Of a stretch of DNA of 59,358 nucleotides, positions 37,332-45,058 are shown piece after piece (the first letter of the stretch is position 1; the number at the start of each line of letters is the position of its first letter). The notes beneath the pieces were generated by a model. The model searched no databases, was not told the origin of the DNA, and saw only the letters and a program-made list of their open reading frames with translations. The stretch spans positions 1 to 59,358 of the forward strand of contig PFOW01000058.1 in the NCBI GenBank assembly GCA_002792735.1, in the 5' to 3' direction. The translations under genes and the position numbers were made by a program. Source of the DNA: a bacterium CG_4_10_14_0_2_um_filter_33_32. Its GTDB lineage: Bacteria; Patescibacteriota; CPR2_A; CG2-30-33-46.

Positions 37332-37353
37332 TTAACAGGGTGAAGGAGAAAGG

Positions 37354-37944
37354 ATGGAAGAAGTTTTTAAAATTTCATTTGAGCAAAAGTTTGATCGTAA
37401 AGATTGGTCAGTAGTAATTAATTGTGGGGAGAAAATCAAGCTTCCTGATGGAACATTCTTGAATAATTTCGAATCAGGATTATTTAAGAATACGAAATTT
37501 TCTGCTGATAAGTTATTAGTTTTTGAGGTTGGAGATAATTTTGAAGTAAGCCAAGCAATTGCCAATTATTGCAAAGAAAATTGGACTCAAGTTTCTGAAT
37601 TATATCCTGAAATCGAGGAATTTAAGGGAACTGAATTTTATCGATCACCAAAAATAAAACTTAATAACCTTGAATTTAATTTTTGGTACTGTAAAGAAGA
37701 TTTTTCTTGCAGAATTCATAAAGATCACGACTTTTTCGAGGTTCATATTCAGATATTAGGTCAAGGAGAAATGCAGAAATTTTTCCAGAACGATGAAAAT
37801 ACTATGTATTATCGGGATATTCTATCGTCTGGGCAAACCCATAACCCCTTTTATGATATAAACTGTAAGTATCCATGGCATAGATATTATTCTAATTCTA
37901 AATGTATTTGGTTAGCTATCGAAAGCAAAGTAATTATTCCATAA
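37354..37944 (+). CDS. Hypothetical protein, possibly cupin-like
   Basis: SD GAAGGAG upstream. 196 aa. A His/Glu-rich segment (RIHKDHDFFEVHIQILGQGEMQKF) is reminiscent of cupin metal sites. No confident family. Confidence 0.55.
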   Translation: MEEVFKISFEQKFDRKDWSVVINCGEKIKLPDGTFLNNFESGLFKNTKFSADKLLVFEVGDNFEVSQAIANYCKENWTQVSELYPEIEEFKGTEFYRSPKIKLNNLEFNFWYCKEDFSCRIHKDHDFFEVHIQILGQGEMQKFFQNDENTMYYRDILSSGQTHNPFYDINCKYPWHRYYSNSKCIWLAIESKVIIP

Positions 37945-37951
37945 AATTATT

Positions 37952-38473
37952 ATGAGAGATGATATTATCCAAAAAGCAATAAGTAAATTTTATGAAATAA
38001 GAGATATACCTTATCATATTTCTGTTAGTGACCAAGAGGAATACAATGATTGTGAAGGAAAGAATAAAAAACTAGCTAAAGCGTTAGAGGATTTGGGTTA
38101 TAAAGTTAGATTTAGAGTTGGTTTATTTTACTGGAATGTTGTAAAACTGCCAAAAGAGATATTAGAAATACCTCATAATGAAGATTGCTCACACTTTTTT
38201 ATAGAAGTAACGCTTCCTGATAAAAACGAATGGGTTTTTGTGGATGCTACTTGGAATAAAGAACTTAAAAATGCCGGATTTATAGTAGCTGAATGGGATG
38301 GAGTAAATCAAACAGAATTAGCTTTTGAATGTTATGAAGTATTAGGATCTGAAGATTCAAGACGCTACTTAGAAAATATTAATTATGAAAAAGATCTGAA
38401 AACAAATGGTAAGTTTTACGAAGCTATAAATAAGTATTGCGACAGCTTTTTAAAGCCTCACAAAAATGAATAA
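37952..38473 (+). CDS. Transglutaminase-like (papain-fold) domain protein
   Basis: Cys...His...Asp order and context typical of transglutaminase-like cysteine peptidase cores (DCEGKNKKLAKALEDLGY; CSHFFIEV; WVFVDATWN). Confidence 0.55.
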   Translation: MRDDIIQKAISKFYEIRDIPYHISVSDQEEYNDCEGKNKKLAKALEDLGYKVRFRVGLFYWNVVKLPKEILEIPHNEDCSHFFIEVTLPDKNEWVFVDATWNKELKNAGFIVAEWDGVNQTELAFECYEVLGSEDSRRYLENINYEKDLKTNGKFYEAINKYCDSFLKPHKNE

Positions 38474-38483
38474 TAAATTAAAA

Positions 38484-38554
38484 GCCCGCCCTCACTTTCA
38501 GTTTTTGGCGGGCCTCAGCCTCTACAAAGAATGAATATTTCGAGGCTTTGGGAG
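38484..38554 (+). promoter_or_regulatory. Conserved two-hairpin intercistronic element, copy 3 (ends in the thrS SD)
   Basis: GCCCGCC (38484-38490) / GGCGGGC (38507-38513). AGCCTC (38517-38522) / GAGGCT (38542-38547). SD GGGAG 38550-38554, ATG 38562. Confidence 0.6.
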
Positions 38555-38561
38555 AATAACC

Positions 38562-40313
38562 ATGAATAAAAAAGAGAAAAAACAAGATTTACAAACACTA
38601 AGGCATTCCGCAGCTCATGTTTTAGCTCAAGCAGTCTTACAAATGTTTCCGGAAGCCAAACTTGCGATAGGACCATCAACTGATGAAGGATTCTATTATG
38701 ATTTTGATCTGCCAAGAACTTTAATACCGGAAGATTTAGATATTTTAGAAAAAAAGATGAAAGATATAATAAAAGCCGATTATCAGGTTAAGCCAGAGGA
38801 AGTAGTAAAGGAAAAAGCGCTGGATTTTTATAAAAAGGGAAAACAGGTATACAAACGCGAGCTAATTAACGATATCCCTAAGAAAAAAGTTTATTTTTAT
38901 AGGCAGAATGATTTTGTTGATCTATGTGCCGGTCCTCATGTTAAATCAACAGGAGAGATTAAAGCATTTAAACTCTTGAAAATTGCCGGAGCTTACTGGC
39001 GAGGGGACGAGAAAAGACCCATGTTGCAGAGGATTTATGGTACTGTTTTTTATACTCAAAAAGAACTTGAAGAATATTTGAAAAATTTAGAAGAAGCGAA
39101 AAAAAGAGACCATCGAAGACTAGGGAAAGATTTAGATCTTTTCGTATTTTCAGATTTAGTTGGGCAGGGTCTTCCTTTATTTACACCAAAAGGAACTATT
39201 ATACGTCAAGAAATGCAGAAATATTCTAGCGAATTGAGAAAAGAAATTGACTATCAGGAAGTTAGTACCCAAGAGATAAATAAAGGTGAATTATTTAAAA
39301 TCTCCGGCCATTACGAGAAATATAAAGAAGATATGTTTCAAATTTTTTCTCATCACACAAAAGAAGAATATTTTTTAAAGCCCATGAATTGTCCCCAGCA
39401 CACCCAGATTTACGCCTCTAAAATAAGAAGCTATAAAGATCTACCTTACAAAGTAGCTGATTTCTCAATGATTTATAGAGATGAGAAGCCGGGTGAGGTT
39501 GGTGGATTAACTAGAGTCAGAGGGTTTGAGATGGACGATGGACATTGTTTCTGTAGAGAAGATCAGATAGAAGCAGAATTTGATAAAGTTCTAAAAGCCA
39601 TTAAAAAAGCACTTAAGACCTATGGCATGGATTTTTATGTAAGACTTTCCTTAAGGGATCCGAAAGAGAAAGCTAAATATCTTGGTGATGATCAAGTTTG
39701 GAACAAATCTGAAAAAATATTAGAAAAAATAGCTAAAGATAACAAAATCTCTTATGAAATAGGGATAGGTGAAGCAGCTTTTTACGGTCCTAAGATGGAT
39801 ATTATGGCAAAAGATGCTTTAAATAGAGAACACCAGATTTCCACTATCCAGTTGGATTTTAACATGCCTAAGAGGTTTAATTTAAGTTATGCAAGTGATG
39901 ACGGCAAAAATTATATGCCGGTTATGATTCACAGCGCTCTTATCGGTTCGATTGATAGATTTTTGGGAGTTCTAATCGAACATTATGCCGGCGCTTTTCC
40001 AGCTTGGCTAGCTCCTGTTCAGGTAATTATTATTCCGATATCTGATAAGAAACATCTAAAATATGCCAAAGAAATAAGTAAAAATGTTTTAGAAAAAGAT
40101 ATTAGGGTTGAGATTGACTCAAGGCCGGAATCAGTTGGTAAAAAAATAAGAGAAGCGGAACTTCAAAAAATTCCTTACATGTTTATTGTTGGAGATAAAG
40201 AGATTAAAGCAAAGAAAATATCGGTTAGAAACTACAAAAAAGGCGATTTAGGCCAAAAGAGTTTAAAATTTATAGATGATATCAAACAAGAGATTGATAA
40301 AAGACAGGGTTAG
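38562..40313 (+). CDS. thrS: Threonyl-tRNA synthetase (no N-terminal TGS domain)
   Basis: Begins at the editing-domain HSAAH motif, then CAGPH, class II catalytic core and anticodon-binding domain. 583 aa. Confidence 0.96.
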   Translation: MNKKEKKQDLQTLRHSAAHVLAQAVLQMFPEAKLAIGPSTDEGFYYDFDLPRTLIPEDLDILEKKMKDIIKADYQVKPEEVVKEKALDFYKKGKQVYKRELINDIPKKKVYFYRQNDFVDLCAGPHVKSTGEIKAFKLLKIAGAYWRGDEKRPMLQRIYGTVFYTQKELEEYLKNLEEAKKRDHRRLGKDLDLFVFSDLVGQGLPLFTPKGTIIRQEMQKYSSELRKEIDYQEVSTQEINKGELFKISGHYEKYKEDMFQIFSHHTKEEYFLKPMNCPQHTQIYASKIRSYKDLPYKVADFSMIYRDEKPGEVGGLTRVRGFEMDDGHCFCREDQIEAEFDKVLKAIKKALKTYGMDFYVRLSLRDPKEKAKYLGDDQVWNKSEKILEKIAKDNKISYEIGIGEAAFYGPKMDIMAKDALNREHQISTIQLDFNMPKRFNLSYASDDGKNYMPVMIHSALIGSIDRFLGVLIEHYAGAFPAWLAPVQVIIIPISDKKHLKYAKEISKNVLEKDIRVEIDSRPESVGKKIREAELQKIPYMFIVGDKEIKAKKISVRNYKKGDLGQKSLKFIDDIKQEIDKRQG

Positions 40314-40317
40314 ATGA

Positions 40318-40908
40318 CTAGTTATTTCTATGATGCTCGATGATTTTATCAATTTCTCGTAAGGCGTGGTTATAATCTGCATCTATGGTTTTTACAAAAT
40401 GATCTATTAGTTTTTCTTTTTTAAGGGTTTTTATGTAATCAAGTTCTTTTTCGGTAATTTTTATTCGGTTTCTGATGTATTCTTTGTCATGCCCTCTTTT
40501 GATAAGTCTTTTTTTTACATTTTTCAGTATAGGGTCTTCAGTCAAAACGCATATAATTTTTATATGTTTGTAAGTTTTCTTAAGTTTTTTTACTCTATCA
40601 ACGGTTAAAGTTAAAACACAGTCACCTTTTTGAAGAAATTTTTCTACGTCTTTTTTAAGTTTTCCGTAATAATGGCCGCCAAAAGATGTATATTCTAGTA
40701 GTTCCCTGTTTTTTATATGTTTTTCAAACGCCTCTAAAGTAATATGCTGGTATTCAGCTAAATTTCCTTTTCGAGGGGGTCTGGTTGTAGTTGAAGGTAT
40801 ATAAAAAAAACCATGCTTTTCCCGCATGTGTCTTGAGAGATCAGTTTTCCCAACTGCCCCCGGTCCTATTAATCCAAAAAGACAGTTTTTCTTATTTTGT
40901 CTCTCCAT
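40318..40908 (-). CDS. Guanylate kinase-like protein
   Basis: P-loop GPGAVGKTD; STTTRPPRKGNLAEYQHITLEAFE...LLEYTSFGGHYYG matches the guanylate kinase core pattern. Confidence 0.7.
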   Translation of the reverse strand: MERQNKKNCLFGLIGPGAVGKTDLSRHMREKHGFFYIPSTTTRPPRKGNLAEYQHITLEAFEKHIKNRELLEYTSFGGHYYGKLKKDVEKFLQKGDCVLTLTVDRVKKLKKTYKHIKIICVLTEDPILKNVKKRLIKRGHDKEYIRNRIKITEKELDYIKTLKKEKLIDHFVKTIDADYNHALREIDKIIEHHRNN

Positions 40909-40970
40909 GTATAAATTATATAGAGTAAACAGCTAACAGTAAACAGTTAACAGATGATCAAGAATTTTAA

Positions 40971-40999
40971 TTGGCTTTTTAAAATAGTTGAATTATAGT
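40971..40999 (+). promoter_or_regulatory. Promoter candidate for miaB
   Basis: TTGGCT (40971-40976), 17-nt spacer, TATAGT (40994-40999). Confidence 0.35.
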
Positions 41000-41012
41000 A
41001 GCATATGAAGAT

Positions 41013-42350
41013 ATGAATAATACAAAACTAAAATATTATATTTGGATAATTGGGTGTCAAATGAACAAATCGGATGCAGAACGTGTTGTTTCTGTTCTGA
41101 ATGATTTGGGATTTGAAAGAACCGAAGATGAAAAATCAGCTGATTTAATTATTGCTTTAGCATGTTCTGTAAGACAAACAGCAATTGACAGAATTTACGG
41201 CAAAGCCAAGAAATGGAACGAAATAAAGAAAAATCGAAAATTGATAACTATGCTTTCAGGTTGTGTTCTGGACGCTGATAAGCCAAAAATGGGAAAAATA
41301 TTCGATTATCTGTTTAATATTTCTGATTTAAGCAAGCTTCCTTTGTTATTAGGCGAAAGTGATTCAGTCAGATGCCAAGATTACTTTAAGATTAAACCGA
41401 TTTATGAATCTTATTTTTCCGCGTTTATTCCGATAATGACTGGATGCAACAATTTTTGTACTTATTGTGCCGTGCCCTATACAAGGGGAAGAGAAAAATA
41501 CAGAGAAAGGCAAGAAATAATTAAGGAAATTTTAGGATTAGTAAAAAAAGGCTATAAAGAAATAACGCTTCTTGGGCAGAATGTTAATTCCTACGGAATT
41601 AGTAAACAGTTAACAGTAAATACTTCGACTATACTCAGCACAGGTAGTAAACAGGGAGATCAAGAAACTAACAATAAAAACAATTTTGCTGAGTTACTTA
41701 GAGAAGTGAATAAAATTCCGGGAAATTTTTGGATAAGATTTTTAACATCAAACCCTCATGACATGTCAGATGAGATAATTGACGCTGTCGCTGAAAGTAA
41801 AAAGATATGTGAATACATCCATTTACCAGTGCAGGTAGGCAATAATGAGGTTCTTAAGAATATGAACAGGAAGTATACAAGGGAGCATTATTTAGAATTG
41901 ATTGAAAAGATAAAGACGAGAATCCCCGGCGTTGCTATTTCTACTGATACCATTGTAGGTTTTCCCGGAGAAACAAAAGAGCAATTTAAAGATACGATTG
42001 ATATCTATCAAAAGGTAGGTTACACAATGGCCTATATAGCCCAATATTCTCCTCGGTCAGGTACAGTATCAGCTAAAATGAAAGATGATGTATCTAGGGA
42101 AGAGAAAAAAAGACGAGATAAAGAATTGACAAGTATTTTAGAAAAAACAGCCCTAAAGGATAATGAAAAATATATCAACGAAACAATTGATGTTTTAGTT
42201 GATTTAAAAAAGAAAGACTATTTATATGGAAGAACCAGGACTTATAAATTAGTTCAATTTAAAGGCGAGGAAGATTTAATTGGTAATTTTGTTAAAGTTA
42301 AGATTTCTTCGGTTACTCCTTGGGCTATGAAGGGGGACATAATAGAATAA
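41013..42350 (+). CDS. miaB: tRNA-i6A37 methylthiotransferase MiaB
   Basis: UPF0004 N-domain, radical-SAM CNNFCTYCAVP, C-terminal TRAM domain. Contains a ~29-aa Ser/Thr/Asn/Gln-rich insertion after QNVNSYG. Confidence 0.9.
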   Translation: MNNTKLKYYIWIIGCQMNKSDAERVVSVLNDLGFERTEDEKSADLIIALACSVRQTAIDRIYGKAKKWNEIKKNRKLITMLSGCVLDADKPKMGKIFDYLFNISDLSKLPLLLGESDSVRCQDYFKIKPIYESYFSAFIPIMTGCNNFCTYCAVPYTRGREKYRERQEIIKEILGLVKKGYKEITLLGQNVNSYGISKQLTVNTSTILSTGSKQGDQETNNKNNFAELLREVNKIPGNFWIRFLTSNPHDMSDEIIDAVAESKKICEYIHLPVQVGNNEVLKNMNRKYTREHYLELIEKIKTRIPGVAISTDTIVGFPGETKEQFKDTIDIYQKVGYTMAYIAQYSPRSGTVSAKMKDDVSREEKKRRDKELTSILEKTALKDNEKYINETIDVLVDLKKKDYLYGRTRTYKLVQFKGEEDLIGNFVKVKISSVTPWAMKGDIIE

Positions 42351-42384
42351 AAAAATCCGTCACTCGTTTATCGTGACGGATTTT
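42351..42384. terminator. Bidirectional terminator between convergent genes
   Basis: AATCCGTCAC (42354-42363) / GTGACGGATT (42373-42382), flanked by an A-run and a T-run. Confidence 0.65.
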
Positions 42385-42400
42385 AGAATATAAACTGAGA

Positions 42401-42928
42401 CTATTTACCTTGAGATCCCGTTGTTGGCGCAGATTCAAAATTGGGTAATGTTTGAGGCTGTGATGTTGTTGTAAAAAATAAAATTAGGATAAATATGGCT
42501 AGCCATATGACTTCTAAGAAAATAATATACACAAGGGATGCCCAATCTTTCGTATAAATCGCATTTAACAATGGGATGGCTACAACGCTAAGTATAAGCA
42601 ATATAGCTGAAGACACTATAAAGGCAAAGTACATAGTAGCGCTTGTGAAAAACTTTTCCTGTAGTATTCCAGATGCAACTCCTGATGCATATCCGATACC
42701 AATTAGGAGTAGAGTAGAGAAGAGACTCAACGTTAGATTTTTAATTGAAAATACTTCTTTTAAGCTTTTTATAGCCTTTTCAACTATCTTATTTTGCTTT
42801 TTCTCTGTTTTTTCCTCGGTTTTTACGGATTCCATTGGTTTTTCACTAACTTCAGTTTTTTCAATTGAGCTTTCTTCGTTTTTTGTCTCGTCCATTGTGT
42901 TTTCTTCTGGTTTTATTTCGCCTGTCAT
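42401..42928 (-). CDS. Hypothetical membrane protein
   Basis: Charged E/K-rich N-terminal ~60 aa followed by 3-4 TM segments. No family recognised. Confidence 0.5.
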   Translation of the reverse strand: MTGEIKPEENTMDETKNEESSIEKTEVSEKPMESVKTEEKTEKKQNKIVEKAIKSLKEVFSIKNLTLSLFSTLLLIGIGYASGVASGILQEKFFTSATMYFAFIVSSAILLILSVVAIPLLNAIYTKDWASLVYIIFLEVIWLAIFILILFFTTTSQPQTLPNFESAPTTGSQGK

Positions 42929-42988
42929 TTTTTCTCCTTTAATAATAAAATTTAAATATCGAGTATAGTAAAAAAAGTATAGCAGATT

Positions 42989-43933
42989 ATGAAGTTTATA
43001 ACAATATTAGGGTCTACTGCTTCAGGGAAAACAAGCTTGGCTATTAAGATGGCTAAGAATTTTAATGGTGAAATAGTTAATGCCGATTCAAAAATTCTAT
43101 ATCGATATTTAGATATTGGGACAGATAAACCTTTAAAAAGTAAAAAGGAGACCCTTCGATTTCGCTCAGGGCAGACAGTAAAAAGGAAAAAAGATGAAGA
43201 ATACATAGTAGAAGGAATTCTTCATCATCTAACAGATATCTTAGAGCCAGATGAAGAATTTTCAATCGCACAATATCAAAAAATAGCATCTATTACTATA
43301 AAAGATATCCAAAAGAGAGGGAAAATACCATTTTTAGTCGGCGGCTCACCTCTTTATATAGAATCAGTAATATATAATTATAAAATTCCCAAAATAACTC
43401 CAGACAAACGATTAAGAGATAAGCTATCAAAAAAATCATTAGATAATTTAGTAAAGACGTTAAAGAAAATTAACCCTGAAAATTTTCAATTTGTTGATTT
43501 AAAAAATAAACGAAGAGTTATAAGAGCGATTGAAATTTCTTTAAATAAAGAAAAAAGTTTGAGAAAAACTAACGCAAGAAAATTATCAAAAAATATATTG
43601 GTTTTAGGTATAAAAAAAGATAGAGAAGAACTATACAAAAAGATTAACGACCGGGTGGATAATATGATTAAAAAGGGTTTAGTATCTGAAGTGAAGAAAA
43701 TAATAAAAAAATACGGCAAAGAAGCGCCGGCCCTTTTTGGTATTGGTTACAGGCAAATTATTCAATACTTAGAAGGAAAAATATTGTTAGATCAGGCAAT
43801 AGAACTTATTAAAAGAGACTCAAGGAGATTTGCTAAGCGTCAATTAACTTGGTTTAAGCGTGATAAAAATATTAAATGGATAGAATCATCTGCAGAAGCT
43901 AGATTACTTATAGAAAATTTCCTTAAATCCTAA
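42989..43933 (+). CDS. miaA: tRNA dimethylallyltransferase MiaA
   Basis: P-loop GSTASGKTS, DSKILYRYLDIGTDKP, HHLTD. About 20 extra residues lie between GTDKP and HHL. Confidence 0.9.
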   Translation: MKFITILGSTASGKTSLAIKMAKNFNGEIVNADSKILYRYLDIGTDKPLKSKKETLRFRSGQTVKRKKDEEYIVEGILHHLTDILEPDEEFSIAQYQKIASITIKDIQKRGKIPFLVGGSPLYIESVIYNYKIPKITPDKRLRDKLSKKSLDNLVKTLKKINPENFQFVDLKNKRRVIRAIEISLNKEKSLRKTNARKLSKNILVLGIKKDREELYKKINDRVDNMIKKGLVSEVKKIIKKYGKEAPALFGIGYRQIIQYLEGKILLDQAIELIKRDSRRFAKRQLTWFKRDKNIKWIESSAEARLLIENFLKS

Positions 43934-43990
43934 TAGATTGTTTATTAAGCATACAGATGATAATATATTAATGATAATTATAGAGATCTA

Positions 43991-45049
43991 ATGAAAAACA
44001 CAAACGATATAAGTACTCCTCCCTTACCTCCTATTCCTCCCCCTGTTTATGTAAAAAAAAGCGGCGGAGAATTTGTAAAAGGCTTGAAATGGAGTTTAGG
44101 CATAAATGCTGGTTGTTGCGGTGTTTTTATGATATTTTTCTTTTTAATTTTTACGTTGTTTGCAATTTTGGGGGCATTGGCAGTAGGTATAGGTTCTTCG
44201 GATTTGAATAAAACAAAAGAATCATCAATTGAAGGCATAGGTCCTGATAAAATAGCTATCATTAACATATCAGGAGAGATATTGTCGGGGAGCCAATCTT
44301 CTGTTTTTGATTCAGCCAATGCTGATTCTAAAACGATAATAAGCCAACTTAAGAAAGCAAAGGAAGACCCATTCGTAAGAGCAGTTGTATTAAGAATCAA
44401 TACTCCGGGCGGATCCGCTACGGCTAGTGATGAAATTCATAATAAAGTAAAAGAATTAGCAAAAGAGAAAAAGGTTGTAGCTTCTTTCGATGGTTTGGCC
44501 GCAAGCGGCGGTTATTATATAGCCTGCGGTTCAGATAAAATTTTTGCCAACCCAGCTACTCTTACTGGAAGTATTGGGGTTATTATAACAATACCTAACC
44601 TTTCTAGCTTATATGACAAAATAGGATATAAAGAAGTTGTTATAAAGTCAGGAAAATTAAAAGATATTGGTTCTTCTACAAGAGAGCTAACAAGTGAAGA
44701 AAAGGATATTTTTCAGGGCTTGATCGATGATTTTTATGAGCGGTTTGTAGAAGTAGTTTCAGACGGCCGTAAAATGAGTAAAGATGAAGTTAAGAAAATT
44801 GCGGATGGCAGGATTTATTCTGGAAAACAGGCCAAAGCATTAAAATTGATTGATAATTTCGGCGGTTTAGACGAAGCTATTAGTGAAGCTAAAATTTTGG
44901 CTAATATACAAAATGCGCAAGTGATAGAATACCGCCATTCTTTTTGGGAAGATCTTTCAGGCGTAAGCAGCAGGATCGCTGAGAAAATTAAATTATTTAG
45001 TTTTCCTACAAAGAGTTCACCTTCATTAGAATATAAATGGATTGAATAA
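43991..45049 (+). CDS. sppA: Signal peptide peptidase SppA (36K type, S49)
   Basis: N-terminal TM and S49 core with GLAASGGYY (Ser nucleophile context). Confidence 0.85.
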   Translation: MKNTNDISTPPLPPIPPPVYVKKSGGEFVKGLKWSLGINAGCCGVFMIFFFLIFTLFAILGALAVGIGSSDLNKTKESSIEGIGPDKIAIINISGEILSGSQSSVFDSANADSKTIISQLKKAKEDPFVRAVVLRINTPGGSATASDEIHNKVKELAKEKKVVASFDGLAASGGYYIACGSDKIFANPATLTGSIGVIITIPNLSSLYDKIGYKEVVIKSGKLKDIGSSTRELTSEEKDIFQGLIDDFYERFVEVVSDGRKMSKDEVKKIADGRIYSGKQAKALKLIDNFGGLDEAISEAKILANIQNAQVIEYRHSFWEDLSGVSSRIAEKIKLFSFPTKSSPSLEYKWIE

Positions 45050-45058
45050 ATTAAATAA

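Noticed and set aside
40924-40951. Tandem 14-mers as a possible CRISPR or minisatellite array
   Set aside because: There are only two units with no spacers, which is far too short for a CRISPR. I kept it as a low-interest repeat observation instead.
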